This document shows positions 10,262-20,799 of a DNA stretch of 64,000 bases, piece after piece. The stretch is from assembly GCA_039189765.1 (NCBI GenBank), contig JBCCYL010000007.1, positions 64,001-128,000 of the forward strand, in the 5' to 3' direction. How positions within the stretch are numbered: position 1 is the first letter of the stretch; every line of letters starts with the position of its first letter. The position numbers and the translations under genes were made by a program. The notes under the pieces are model-generated. The model was given only the letters and a program-made list of their open reading frames with translations. It had not been told where the DNA came from and searched no databases. This stretch comes from Cyanobacteria bacterium P01_F01_bin.150 (GTDB lineage Bacteria; Cyanobacteriota; Cyanobacteriia; CAKZMO01).

Positions 10262-10927
10262 TGCTGGCTTACATTAACGCAAAATATCCAATCTGGATCA
10301 AGGTCTCAGCGCTGTTTACGTAGTTTTAGCGTTTCAAGATAAATCCTTCATATAAGGCCCACATATGTTCTGCGTATTCACGCAGTCCAATGGCAAAACC
10401 GGAGTTTTATCCCTAAGCTTTTTCAGATATTTATCGAATAATTCAGAACTTAATACTTCATTGAAATGGTGCTTCTAACCATTGTTCAAGGGCTTCAGAA
10501 ATTGCTATTTATAAAATGTCCAAATAATTCCGTGAACATCCTGAATAATCGTCTGTAGGAATAGGGAATAACTAGACTATCCTTTGATAGCTAGTATTCA
10601 AGCCCATTTATCCTAACTTGATTTTACTGATTGTGGGATGGGTTTTAATCTTGCAAAATATGTTTTTCCTGAATAAGGCTAATGGTTTCAAGGATTCTAG
10701 ATGAGTCCCATCTAGTTTTTTATTGAAATATATTTCCTGCTTGAAGCTGAATACAGCCATTGTTTTGTATTGATTAAAACACTTAACTTGAACCAAAACT
10801 GATTTATTCACATTTAAATGTGTCGTATTTACGGGTTTGGATGCCTTTGATGTAAGGGTGCTTTAAAGGCTAATTAAATCAAATGTTAAGTAAGAACTAA
10901 ACGGGTCATTCGGACAACTCACCTACC

Positions 10928-13900
10928 ATGCAGTTACACAACATTTTCCAGGGGTTCTGGACATTAATAAAATGGATTAACCATAGGATTCATATGTTTA
11001 TGAAAGCCCTTATGGTGAGCCTATTACGGTGTTTATTCCTTTTTAGTCAGCCATCCCGGATAGAAAGAGGATTTATTTTACCTACTACCGTTTTACTTAT
11101 TTTGGTGGTTACTTTGGCAGTCGGCTCAATGACATTACGAACTCTGAATCGAACGAGTCAGGTAGCGGGCGATCGCCAGCAGCGCATCATCTACAACGCT
11201 GCCACTCCAACAATGGATCGCGCCAAAGCCAAATTAGAATTCTTATTTGATACTCAGCGAAATCCCCTTTATCCAAACGGCATTCCGGATCAGGCTGTTT
11301 TGAATGACATGATGCTAAATGACAGCCTTGCCGATAACAACTATATAATTTCGTTTGAGGGCTGTGATGGAAACCAAAAGGATCCGTTCACATTTCCTGC
11401 CGATGAGTGTGACTACACTTCTGCGGAAGCAGAGACTCGGATTGATATTGATGGTGATGGGAACAATGACAATGCCTGGTCCTACCGTATTGATATGAAT
11501 GAGGACGGTACGTTAGATGCCAGCGTTGCATACTCGATTATCTTCAATAAACCATCCAATAGTGATGCCAATAACAAATTAGAGAATGCATCTGATATAG
11601 CTATCTCAAACAGAGCTCAAGCACTACAGGTCAGGCACGGTCCCCTCAGTATTCCAATTCAAGATAATGGCTGTGGCAGTGTGGGCGGTGATACAGCTGA
11701 AAGTGACGATGGCTGGAGCAAGCCTGTACAAGGAGGGGCAACTCTTTACAAGAACTTCCAAATTAATGTGTTTGTCAAGCCTGATGATCCGGCTACAACC
11801 GTTTCTACATTGGAATTCCATCAAGACCGGAAAATTGATGAGGGTAACAAGTGGGGGGCATGGTTCCGTAATGACTTAGAAATTTATCCAGGGGCAGAAT
11901 TTAACTGGAACGGAGCCATGCATACTGAAGGTAATCTCTTTATGGGAAATACTAACTTCGAAGGTTACCTGATTAGTTCTCCTGCTTCTTGTTATTATAG
12001 TCAGGCCGATTCTGAAGTTACCGTTGCCGATCGATCTGCACCTGTTCAAGCCAATAACTTTGAGGGGCAAATCATCAGTGCACAGTTGAAAGATAATGAT
12101 TGGGACCAGAACGACAACAGTTCAAAATTTCACCTCTTTAGGGCTGATGGCAACATCACAAATGCCGATATAAAGGCGTTAAACATCACCAATGACTCCG
12201 TGGATGAGGATGGGAGTTCTTCTGCACCAGCCGACTACCTATTGGACCCAGTAGTTCTAGCCACCCAAGATATTTCTAAGGCAAGGAACTTTCCAAGTGA
12301 TACGGCGACAGAAGATGGTAACCCTGCACCTTCTCGGGCTGAAGAATGGCCCAAGGATACAAACGACTTCTTTGACAGAAAACGTTTATATAATCAGACG
12401 GAGGATACTCCTTCTGTGGATGATTCTTTCCGCGCCGACAATCGTTATGGTCCGAAAGCTCGTATTGACGGTCAAGATATACCTGGCAAAATTGGTGAAA
12501 AAATTGATTCTAGTAAAACAAAATTGATTAACTTAGGTGATGATTTTGTAGATGATTTCACCAATGTAGGGCTGGATGGCTATTGGGAACGCCGGGCGCG
12601 GGCCGAAGGATCACGGTTTATTGTGGGCCAACGCTTAGAGCTGGGCAATACCTTTAGTTGGGGAGGTCTAGACAAGGATGGAGATTATCTTGACTTAGAC
12701 ATCGATGATCTAACAGCGCGCGAGCCACTTATGCCTTGGGATGGATGTGATGAGTATCAAGACTCTACCCGCTGTGAGGAAGGACGCCAGCGGCGCAGTT
12801 TACGGGATAATCTGGCAGCCGTACAAGCAACGGCGGTTTATCATGCTAATGCAGCAAATGGTGATAAGGATTTTCCTATAGCCTGTCTAGCATCTACGGT
12901 TCATCCGGGTACTCCCTACACGCTGCAAAATAGCTCTACTTTCTTAGACTGGACTAAAGGGCTAGAGGGCTATTGGGATAGTGCCGATTTTGGTGGAACC
13001 TCTCCACAACTGATTAGCGACTTTTTCCGAGGAGAAGGGACCAACGGTTGGGAATATGCTCCCCCCAGTAGTGGCAATGCCTCCACTTTTGGAACCGATT
13101 TGGCAGAGACACAACCCTTGGGTAAAGCTTTGCGAAATTGGGCCTACTTTGCTGGAGACCCTGAGGCTGGGGCACCCTCATTTACACCCACACAGGAGGC
13201 GGGGAAGGTTCACCCTTATCCTTTAATGTCCATGTGGGGAGATGCCTCGGTGTTGCGACGTATCTTTGCAGAGTTGGATAACACTAGCTATGCGAACTTG
13301 AGTCCGGCAGATAAAACCACCCTGCAAACAGCCGCCTGTAGTCTAGGCATGTTGGCCAATGAGCTATACATACTAGAAAAGTTTCAATATGCGAATGATA
13401 TTGAGGCCCCACCGGGAAAATATGGAGCTGGTACTCCAAAACTTCTAGATGTTTTAAACGCTCGCTTAATCGCATTGAGCCTAAATAAAGCAAACGCTAG
13501 TAAAGTTGACGATACCTACAATCAAGACGCATTGGATGCCCTGGGTATTACTACCGATCAGAATGGGGATACTGTTTTGGATGGAGACGATTTACCTGAC
13601 TACTGGGCAGAGCCGCCTCTAGATCAAAGTACCAATAAACCTTACGGTTACTACAATAAGACAACGACCCTATCGTCACGTTTTGATAACTTAAATAATG
13701 AAGGGGACGATCCTGAACGCTATATTGCTCGCTTACAACAGTGGCACGATGCTGATTTGCTAGCGTTTGATAACGATAGGATCACTGACGCCACTCTACG
13801 TCTACAAAAGTTTAACGTGGATGATGACTTGATTAATTTGGCCAAGATCATCATGTTACGAGAGCAAACCATACGCGATCGCTCTTGGGGATTTATGATT

Positions 13901-15988
13901 AATGGAAACTTTGGTAAAAGTCAGAATTGCTTGGCTTTTACAAGTGTTTCGTCTTATTTCTCTGATGCATATGGGGTATACAAGGATCTAAACAGCGAGC
14001 AAGGGCTAAAGAAACTCTGTAGTGATCGTCCTAAATTTGGTGCCCTCTATTCCATTTTTCCTGGAGAACAATTTCCGAGTAGTGAGGCAAATAAGGGGAT
14101 TGGTACTGATGATAACCATGGAGAAGATCATCCTTTTTCTAGAGGGCTAGATAACACTGACGATATACAGATCATTACAAGCGTCAATAGTGGCAATGAT
14201 CTGTACAAAGCAATGACAGATGATGATCTCGCCGCCATTAGTCTCCAACCCCTTGCCCCCACAAGCTGGAATCTGCCCCACGGCACTCCATCTACAGCAA
14301 ATGACGATAAGCTTAATCCCAACGATAGTGGCTCCCTAATGGTGACCTGTAATGTTGAGGTCTGTTCCTCTGGAACTAGCGCTTCAAATCATACTAGAGA
14401 TGGGCTATACCAAACTCAAACAATGGCTGTGGCCTTGAAAGATGCCAGCATATATAACGGTCGCGAATATATGAGCGTCCGCTTAATGGATCTTGATTTG
14501 GACATGCTGCGGGAAAACAATGGTGGATTAAGCAGTACGGATCGATGGTTACCTAATTCTGGGATTGTCTATGCCTTCCGAGAAGATGCCGTGCGGGAAG
14601 ATGCGATTACTCGTCCTAGTCGTCTTGCCTGGGCAAGTTGCGATAACGACGCAGCCTTTGCCACCGGTTCAACGGCCTGTCATATGGATAAGCTTGATGA
14701 AGTGGCTGAGAATGCAACCGATCCACCGCTCAACGATACGAATGCTATCAGCCCGAAGCCTGTTGATTATGCTCCCGATCCTGACCGACGTCCCAATGGA
14801 TTTCGCCTGACTAATGGTGAAAGATTAAAACGTCCAAATGATCAGGGCAAAGGACTATCGTTTGTCACAGACAATGCTCTTTATGTCAAAGGTCATTTCA
14901 ACCTCCACCAAGACTCACAGGATAACCCCTTAGAAGAGTTTAGTGATTATCTCCTGTATTCTGAAACAGATTCTAGCTTTGATAAGTTCTACGATCGCAA
15001 AATCCGGGACAATAACTTCGCCACCACTGATGGTGATGAATGGCGACCTTCTGAATTGCTAGCGGATGCAATCACTATTGTGTCTAACAACTTCTGTGAT
15101 GGCAGTATGTTTGATAGCTTGCATTCAGCTAACACTGATTTTGGCAATGTCCAAGTTAACGAAGAAGAAAATGATAGCAACCGCAAGATTAAGGGGTATT
15201 CGGGAAGTAAATTAGGCGCTATCAATCGCCCTTGGCGTAGTCTCTATGGATGTGTGGTGACAAATGCAAACCGACAACAAACGTCATATGCAAATGGGGT
15301 TTTTCAAGACGTAAACGTCAGGGGAAACACTCATCAACTTCCCCAAGACCAATCCAGATCTGGTTTTGAAGAATATTGGCAGCACGTTAATCCCTTTGAT
15401 ACTCGTTCGCCTTATACTCTCACTCGCCAGGGAAATCCCCGTATTCCTCTAAATGGGGGGGGGTACAACGGCGATTATTTCTTGATTGGCGAAACTGATG
15501 CGTTTACTAGACCTAGCTTAGCCTCCTATACCAATGTCAATGCCATTATTATCAGCGGTGCAGTTCCCTCTCGGCCAGGTCAGTCCTATGGTGGTCTTCA
15601 TAATTTCCCTCGTATGTTAGAAAACTGGGGTGGTACTAACCGCAACGGTACTGGTGATAACGTAGGCTTGAGAATTTCTGGCTCCCTAATGCAGTTAAAC
15701 TTTAGCCACACGTCCGTTGCCCCCTACGACCACGATGCTTGGAATCCGGGCCAAGAGAGTGATAGCAACAGTGAGCCAATTCCTTATTACTGGCCACCCA
15801 CCCGACTCTGGGGATATGACGTGGGACTCCAAAAGGGTGTGGCAGGGCCTATGGCCAAGCGATTTGTTTCAGGTGCAGAACCGACTCGTAGCGAGTTTTA
15901 TAGTGAACCGCCTGCGGATGATCCGTATGTTTACAACCTATGTCAGGCTATTTCAACTGACTGCTATAGAGATCCACCATTGGATTAA
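10928..15988 (+). CDS. hpsA: Hormogonium polysaccharide biosynthesis protein HpsA-like (large PilX-like protein)
   Basis: 1686 aa; N-terminal RGFILPTTVLLILVVTLAVGSM, NKWGAWFRNDLE, LDGYWERRA and GGLHNFPRMLENW motifs; followed by three pseudopilins, as in the Nostoc hpsA-D locus. Confidence 0.85.
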   Translation: MQLHNIFQGFWTLIKWINHRIHMFMKALMVSLLRCLFLFSQPSRIERGFILPTTVLLILVVTLAVGSMTLRTLNRTSQVAGDRQQRIIYNAATPTMDRAKAKLEFLFDTQRNPLYPNGIPDQAVLNDMMLNDSLADNNYIISFEGCDGNQKDPFTFPADECDYTSAEAETRIDIDGDGNNDNAWSYRIDMNEDGTLDASVAYSIIFNKPSNSDANNKLENASDIAISNRAQALQVRHGPLSIPIQDNGCGSVGGDTAESDDGWSKPVQGGATLYKNFQINVFVKPDDPATTVSTLEFHQDRKIDEGNKWGAWFRNDLEIYPGAEFNWNGAMHTEGNLFMGNTNFEGYLISSPASCYYSQADSEVTVADRSAPVQANNFEGQIISAQLKDNDWDQNDNSSKFHLFRADGNITNADIKALNITNDSVDEDGSSSAPADYLLDPVVLATQDISKARNFPSDTATEDGNPAPSRAEEWPKDTNDFFDRKRLYNQTEDTPSVDDSFRADNRYGPKARIDGQDIPGKIGEKIDSSKTKLINLGDDFVDDFTNVGLDGYWERRARAEGSRFIVGQRLELGNTFSWGGLDKDGDYLDLDIDDLTAREPLMPWDGCDEYQDSTRCEEGRQRRSLRDNLAAVQATAVYHANAANGDKDFPIACLASTVHPGTPYTLQNSSTFLDWTKGLEGYWDSADFGGTSPQLISDFFRGEGTNGWEYAPPSSGNASTFGTDLAETQPLGKALRNWAYFAGDPEAGAPSFTPTQEAGKVHPYPLMSMWGDASVLRRIFAELDNTSYANLSPADKTTLQTAACSLGMLANELYILEKFQYANDIEAPPGKYGAGTPKLLDVLNARLIALSLNKANASKVDDTYNQDALDALGITTDQNGDTVLDGDDLPDYWAEPPLDQSTNKPYGYYNKTTTLSSRFDNLNNEGDDPERYIARLQQWHDADLLAFDNDRITDATLRLQKFNVDDDLINLAKIIMLREQTIRDRSWGFMINGNFGKSQNCLAFTSVSSYFSDAYGVYKDLNSEQGLKKLCSDRPKFGALYSIFPGEQFPSSEANKGIGTDDNHGEDHPFSRGLDNTDDIQIITSVNSGNDLYKAMTDDDLAAISLQPLAPTSWNLPHGTPSTANDDKLNPNDSGSLMVTCNVEVCSSGTSASNHTRDGLYQTQTMAVALKDASIYNGREYMSVRLMDLDLDMLRENNGGLSSTDRWLPNSGIVYAFREDAVREDAITRPSRLAWASCDNDAAFATGSTACHMDKLDEVAENATDPPLNDTNAISPKPVDYAPDPDRRPNGFRLTNGERLKRPNDQGKGLSFVTDNALYVKGHFNLHQDSQDNPLEEFSDYLLYSETDSSFDKFYDRKIRDNNFATTDGDEWRPSELLADAITIVSNNFCDGSMFDSLHSANTDFGNVQVNEEENDSNRKIKGYSGSKLGAINRPWRSLYGCVVTNANRQQTSYANGVFQDVNVRGNTHQLPQDQSRSGFEEYWQHVNPFDTRSPYTLTRQGNPRIPLNGGGYNGDYFLIGETDAFTRPSLASYTNVNAIIISGAVPSRPGQSYGGLHNFPRMLENWGGTNRNGTGDNVGLRISGSLMQLNFSHTSVAPYDHDAWNPGQESDSNSEPIPYYWPPTRLWGYDVGLQKGVAGPMAKRFVSGAEPTRSEFYSEPPADDPYVYNLCQAISTDCYRDPPLD

Positions 15989-16015
15989 TGCTTACCCTCT
16001 ATAGTTTCGTCGGGT

Positions 16016-16094
16016 GTAGGGTGGGCAAAGGACGTTAGGACGTGCTCACCAAAGCCAATTTCTGATTGGCCCCCGTTCGTTTTGCCCATCCTAC
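16016..16094. repeat. GTAG-type REP/MITE-like inverted element
   Basis: GTAGGGTGGGCAAA (16016-16029) / TTTGCCCATCCTAC (16081-16094), 13/14 complementary; related copy at 19435-19493. Confidence 0.75.
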
Positions 16095-16099
16095 GTCAG

Positions 16100-16170
16100 C
16101 TAAAGGGGAGGGCCGGAACCCCCTCTAGCTCTCTCCCTTGCTAAGGGAGAGGACCGGAGTCCCCTTTTAG
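16100..16170. repeat. Short palindromic dispersed repeat
   Basis: Hairpin CTCTCCCTT-GCT-AAGGGAGAG (16131-16151) followed by GACCGGAGT; related element at ~26261-26297. Confidence 0.6.
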
Positions 16171-16247
16171 TTCATCTTATGCCCTTTGATAAAGATCTAA
16201 ATTTACCGCGTTATTCACTTTACTGTTGAGAGTCGTCGCTTAAGTTC

Positions 16248-17039
16248 ATGAAACCTACTATGAAGTCATCATCGTTGCATACACTGTTATCTTGTCTTGT
16301 CCAGCCGGGACGATTTCTTTATAGCGCTCGACAGAATAGGAGTTGTCGAGGGCAGAGGAACGGAGCCTCAGAGGACGGTCTTACATTACTAGAATGTGTG
16401 GTGGCGATCGCCGTTATTGCCTTAACAGGTGCAATGATTGGTCCCCCTCTGGTTCTGGCCGCAGCCACCCGAGTCCAGAATCGTCGTGCTGAGCAAGCGA
16501 TGCAACTCGCCCAAGGAGAGGTCGATCGCATTCGTGCCATGGTTATAACCGGTGAGGCATCGGTTGCCAAATTGCCTGCTCTGGTAACGGCAACCGATCT
16601 AGAAACCCACCCTGCTCCGGCCCGACTTATGAATGGAGAACTCAAATCGCCTGAATGTAATACCTATGATCCAACTACCGATGTGCCTGCGGCCGATGAA
16701 GTACTGGCAGTGGATGTGAATGGTGAAGAGACCCCAGGCAACTGTGAGGCTGACTTTTTGATTCAAACCTTCCGCCAAAACTTAGACAGAGATGGAGAGA
16801 CCCGAGATTTTCAACTAATGGTTCGGGTTTATTTTGCTAAAGCTGCGGACGATTTTACAAGTCTGCAGGAAGAACAGGCGAGCTTAGGGTTTACGTCTGG
16901 TAGTGGAGAGTACTGGCAAAAGCCCCTTGCTGTTATCACCACCCGCATTAATGAAAGCGACTCTAACGCAGCCCTGTGTGGATATCACGGCCTTAATGAT
17001 GAAACGACCTCTGATGGCTCAGCCGATACTGATTGTTAA
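16248..17039 (+). CDS. hpsB: Prepilin-type N-terminal methylation protein (HpsB-like pseudopilin)
   Basis: DG|LTLLECVVAIAVIALTGAMIGPPLVLAAATRVQNRR prepilin motif; directly downstream of hpsA. Confidence 0.75.
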   Translation: MKPTMKSSSLHTLLSCLVQPGRFLYSARQNRSCRGQRNGASEDGLTLLECVVAIAVIALTGAMIGPPLVLAAATRVQNRRAEQAMQLAQGEVDRIRAMVITGEASVAKLPALVTATDLETHPAPARLMNGELKSPECNTYDPTTDVPAADEVLAVDVNGEETPGNCEADFLIQTFRQNLDRDGETRDFQLMVRVYFAKAADDFTSLQEEQASLGFTSGSGEYWQKPLAVITTRINESDSNAALCGYHGLNDETTSDGSADTDC

Positions 17040-17096
17040 TACCTTCTACATGGCCCGTTCTAAAAAAGATACTACATTTAAGGATTTATAGAGACG

Positions 17097-18074
17097 ATGG
17101 AACTTCTACTAAAAAAACTTTGTACTCAGCCCCATAAAACAATAACTAAACAGTCAAGTAAAGGCTTTACTTTAATTGAACTGTTGGTCGTAGTCTTAAT
17201 CGCCGGGGGCATCATTTCTGGGTTGATGTTTATGGTAGTGGAGTTGTTAACCGCTGACCAAAAGGAAGCTTCCAAAAATCAGACTCAGCAGGAAATGCAG
17301 ATGGCAATGGACTACATCAGCGCTGAGTTACGAGAGGCGGTCTATGTTTACGATGCCAATTGTCTGGGCAGCACAGCAAATGGCAGCGCTGGCGATGCAG
17401 ATTATTGTCCAGGTCTGTATAATCATTTGCCTACAGGCTTGACAGATGGCGATACTACGCCAATCCTAGCCTTTTGGAAACAGGAGCAATTGCCTACAAC
17501 AGTTCGTGAGGCTTGTGGTGGTACCGGGACTTTGGTTGACGATACTCCCTGTATTGCTGGCCATGCCTATTCACTGGTGGTTTACTCAACGGACACAGCC
17601 AATAACACTACCTGGGATGGTAAATCTCGTATTACTCGCTATGCCTTAGATAAGTACAAAGTATCAGGGGCAACCTATTCAGAAACACCTGGGTATGTTG
17701 ATCCAGGTGCCTATGGTAATGAATTTAGAAGCTGGCCTTATTATCAGGGAATTGGGGATATCACCCAAGTGAATAAGCAAACTGGAACATTGGATGAAGG
17801 GACCGACGATGTGCTAGTCGATTTTGTCGATAGTGAGGCTTTAAATCCAGCTCCCACATGTCAGACCGGCTATAACTTGAGTACCAACGGGACCATTACT
17901 GGCTTTTATGGTTGCGTCAGTGATGGCGACGCAACCGATAACAATCGAGACATTATTCTGTCTCTGAGAGGTAATGCCTATGGGCGTCCAGCTATCAGTG
18001 GAGAGAAGTCATACTTGCCTATTATCGAGACCCATGTGCTGAGTCGTCCTGTTTTGAATAAATCTCCTAATTAG
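17097..18074 (+). CDS. hpsC: Prepilin-type protein (HpsC-like pseudopilin)
   Basis: KG|FTLIELLVVVLIAGGII; AMDYISAELREAVYVY, PILAFWK and YSLVVY motifs; position in the locus. Confidence 0.75.
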   Translation: MELLLKKLCTQPHKTITKQSSKGFTLIELLVVVLIAGGIISGLMFMVVELLTADQKEASKNQTQQEMQMAMDYISAELREAVYVYDANCLGSTANGSAGDADYCPGLYNHLPTGLTDGDTTPILAFWKQEQLPTTVREACGGTGTLVDDTPCIAGHAYSLVVYSTDTANNTTWDGKSRITRYALDKYKVSGATYSETPGYVDPGAYGNEFRSWPYYQGIGDITQVNKQTGTLDEGTDDVLVDFVDSEALNPAPTCQTGYNLSTNGTITGFYGCVSDGDATDNNRDIILSLRGNAYGRPAISGEKSYLPIIETHVLSRPVLNKSPN

Positions 18075-18109
18075 TCTTTAGATTCTGCACCATTATTCTA
18101 GGCACTGCT

Positions 18110-18721
18110 ATGACTTCATTTTTGCTCAAGTTTTTAATGGCGACGAGGCTTCAACCTGATCGTACGTTGAGTGACTCTTCTCCTATCAACCCATATTTCA
18201 AGACCAAGCAATTAAATGGCTCTTGCTCATCATCTAGTGGATTTTCTTTACTGGAAATGATTGTGATTGTCGTAATTGTAGGCGTTCTGGCCGCGATCGC
18301 TGCTCCCAGTTGGTTGGGTATGGCCAATCGACAGCGTGTAAATACAACCCGTAATGAAGTCCTCCAGGCTATTCGCACCACTCAAAGCACTGCTAAGCAG
18401 AGACGTCGGCCTCAAGAGTTGGGATTTACACAGGATGGGACAAATGATTTGCCAACCATCACTTTGGGGGGAGTTTCCACTGAGTTGGGGAGTGGAAACT
18501 TGAAAGCAGATATGGTCAATATGAACGTGACGGATGGTGGTGGAAATGCATTGTCTATCCTTGAGTTTAGAGAAGACGGTACGCTGGAAACAGAGGATCC
18601 CGCAGTCACGCTACCTGTCAAGATTGTCTTCACCGCGACAAATGGGAGAACCAAGCGTTGTTTATTGGTTGAAACGTTATTGGGAAGCGTCAGATCTGAA
18701 TCGGACGACGATTGTTTATAA
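18110..18721 (+). CDS. hpsD: Prepilin-type FimT/GspH-like protein (HpsD-like)
   Basis: SG|FSLLEMIVIVVIVGVLAAIAAPSWLG; C-terminal KRCLLVETLLG...C. Confidence 0.7.
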   Translation: MTSFLLKFLMATRLQPDRTLSDSSPINPYFKTKQLNGSCSSSSGFSLLEMIVIVVIVGVLAAIAAPSWLGMANRQRVNTTRNEVLQAIRTTQSTAKQRRRPQELGFTQDGTNDLPTITLGGVSTELGSGNLKADMVNMNVTDGGGNALSILEFREDGTLETEDPAVTLPVKIVFTATNGRTKRCLLVETLLGSVRSESDDDCL

Positions 18722-18723
18722 GC

Positions 18724-19107
18724 TTATATTGAGTCAAGCAATCTGCTGTCAACGTTTTCAACTTGCGCCACAATATCGTCTGTTTGTGGCGACAGAGGTG
18801 GGTTAATCTCCACTTTGACCACCGTGTCCATATTAATCAGCACTGACTTTCCCTGTAACTGTAGGACCCACCAATCTTTCCCCAAAAGGTGACGGACATG
18901 GTGCTGAAATAAATCAGGTGAATTTATTGTTTGGTCAGCTGATTGAGATGTGGCTGGCTGTGACGGTGACTGTGATGATGAGGGTTGAAGGGATTCATAG
19001 ACCGTAAATGACTCGTTGCGGCCATCCAGGTAATGAAATGTGAGTTCGGTGGCGATCGCCTGGCTTCCATTCCTTTTAGTTATATTAGTTATATTCTTCT
19101 GGCTCAT
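18724..19107 (-). CDS. Conserved hypothetical protein
   Basis: 127-aa ORF starting 6 nt after the thiS stop on the same strand; protein-like composition. Confidence 0.65.
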   Translation of the reverse strand: MSQKNITNITKRNGSQAIATELTFHYLDGRNESFTVYESLQPSSSQSPSQPATSQSADQTINSPDLFQHHVRHLLGKDWWVLQLQGKSVLINMDTVVKVEINPPLSPQTDDIVAQVENVDSRLLDSI

Positions 19108-19113
19108 AGCGCC

Positions 19114-19326
19114 TCAACCTCCACCGACAATGGTGACAATTTCAAGGCGATCGCCCTCTTGTATTGCGGTCTTGTCCCAAAATTGTCGATGCAAAATTTC
19201 ACCGTTGTATTCTACTGCTACCAACCGTGGATTCATTCCTAATGATTCTAGGAAGTGGGGCAGTGTGACATTGGCAGAACAGCTTTTCGCCTTGCCATTT
19301 ACGATCAGAGAAATTGTATTAGACAT
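19114..19326 (-). CDS. thiS: Sulfur carrier protein ThiS
   Basis: 70 aa; VAVEYNGEIL; C-terminal LEIVTIVGGG. Confidence 0.95.
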   Translation of the reverse strand: MSNTISLIVNGKAKSCSANVTLPHFLESLGMNPRLVAVEYNGEILHRQFWDKTAIQEGDRLEIVTIVGGG

Positions 19327-19434
19327 TTACTGTTTAGTTTATGTTGTGGGTATCAACTTTATGTGGGTAGTAGGTGGGATGTTCTATAGCATTTTCGGTC
19401 AAAATTGTTCATGCATAAACGCATAAACGCTGCT

Positions 19435-19493
19435 GGTGGGCAATGCCCACCCTACACGAGCTGATGGGCCACGTTCGTTTTGCTTATCCTACG
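19435..19493. repeat. GTAG-type REP-like element (second copy, reverse orientation)
   Basis: GGTGGGCAATGCCCACCCTAC hairpin, plus CGTTCGTTTTGCTTATCCTACG matching the element end at ~16075-16095. Confidence 0.7.
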
Positions 19494-19524
19494 CGAAATT
19501 GGTATGTTACTTTCCCACAAGTCC

Positions 19525-20652
19525 CTAATTTTGCATTGCCTTAGAACGAAGTTTGCCATGAACTAACTGGGAAAGGCAGTATTGGGTCAACATCGTAGGA
19601 TTTTCTGCCTGCATAATTGCTCGCACCATGGCCACACGGTCCGCGCCTGCCCCAATCACATCCGTTAGATTATCGGCATTGACACTGCCGATGGCGTACC
19701 AAGGAACGGTGGCATGAGTAGCCGCATAGCTGACATAGTCTAAGCCTGCTGCTGCTTTTCCGGGTTTCGTCGGCGTTTCATATACCGGTCCTACACCAAT
19801 GTAGTCCGCACCTTCTTTAATCGCTCGCTCCATTTCATCTGGATTCGTTGTGGAACGACCAATGATGCGATTCGTCCCCAACAATTGACGAGCTATAGCA
19901 ATGGGCAAGTCCTGTTGGCCAAGATGAACACCATCCGCATCAACAGCCAACGCCAAATCCACTCGGTCGTTGACAATAAACAGCGCATCATATTGGTGGC
20001 ATAAATGCTTGAGCTTGTCGGCTAGGGAATATCGAATAATATCGTCTTCCTCCTTAGCACGATACTGTACCAGCTTTAGTCCTCCTTGGAGGGCTGCATC
20101 TACTACCGATAGCAGATTATCGTGGGGAGAAGTGACCAGATAAAGTTGGGCCTGGAGCAATTTTTGATGACGATGGGACCCCATCAGCTCACTCTCTAGT
20201 GTGTATACCTGATAGCGCATTTGTTTACATGCGTCTCCCATCTCGGGGCGATAAAGCTTGCCATATTCTTCTAAAACCCTTAGCGCTTCTTGTACTCGAC
20301 AAAAATTAGCCTGCAAAACGTGGGTTAGACTAGGGCGACTTCTTTCTTGGGCATGGGTCAGCTCAGTTCCCGGATCGCCAGGGGTATTCCGGGCCGCTCG
20401 AATTTCTGGAGTATGCCAGAGGGCGATCGCCTGTCGCAGTTCTTTACACTGCTCGGTTAAATGGGATTGATTCAGACCAAATCTGCACCATTCTTCAACG
20501 ATGCGAAGCCCCTCCCTGGCTCGATCCAAGTTGGCATCTAAAATACGACACACGGCTGCTTCTAGATAAGCATCGGTATTATCGATGCTATGAATAGAGC
20601 TATGGCTATGGTTATGATTATGGCTAGTTTCAGTCACTTGTTCTGCCATCAA
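19525..20652 (-). CDS. thiE: Thiamine-phosphate synthase (cyanobacterial type, with N-terminal extra domain)
   Basis: RILDANLDRAREGLR N-domain; VQYRAK, NDRVD, GVHLGQQD and GPVYETPTKP motifs. Confidence 0.95.
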   Translation of the reverse strand: MMAEQVTETSHNHNHSHSSIHSIDNTDAYLEAAVCRILDANLDRAREGLRIVEEWCRFGLNQSHLTEQCKELRQAIALWHTPEIRAARNTPGDPGTELTHAQERSRPSLTHVLQANFCRVQEALRVLEEYGKLYRPEMGDACKQMRYQVYTLESELMGSHRHQKLLQAQLYLVTSPHDNLLSVVDAALQGGLKLVQYRAKEEDDIIRYSLADKLKHLCHQYDALFIVNDRVDLALAVDADGVHLGQQDLPIAIARQLLGTNRIIGRSTTNPDEMERAIKEGADYIGVGPVYETPTKPGKAAAGLDYVSYAATHATVPWYAIGSVNADNLTDVIGAGADRVAMVRAIMQAENPTMLTQYCLSQLVHGKLRSKAMQN

Positions 20653-20799
20653 ATCCCCTCTTTAAACATGAAATCCGCCTTTCTCTATTACAATATCGCA
20701 ACAGTCTTTAAAAAACTTAGCTCAATACCCGGTTCAAACTGAACAAAGTCAGGCAAAATATAACACCATTACAACTTTTTACGCCCCGGGATTGGACCT

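Noticed and set aside
10564..10573. SigJ/SigF-type GGGAATACT promoter upstream of hpsA
   Set aside because: The sequence is GGGAATAACT, which needs an insertion to fit; too weak to call.
19040..19426. 128-aa plus-strand ORF
   Set aside because: Antisense to thiS and its downstream gene, which are better supported.
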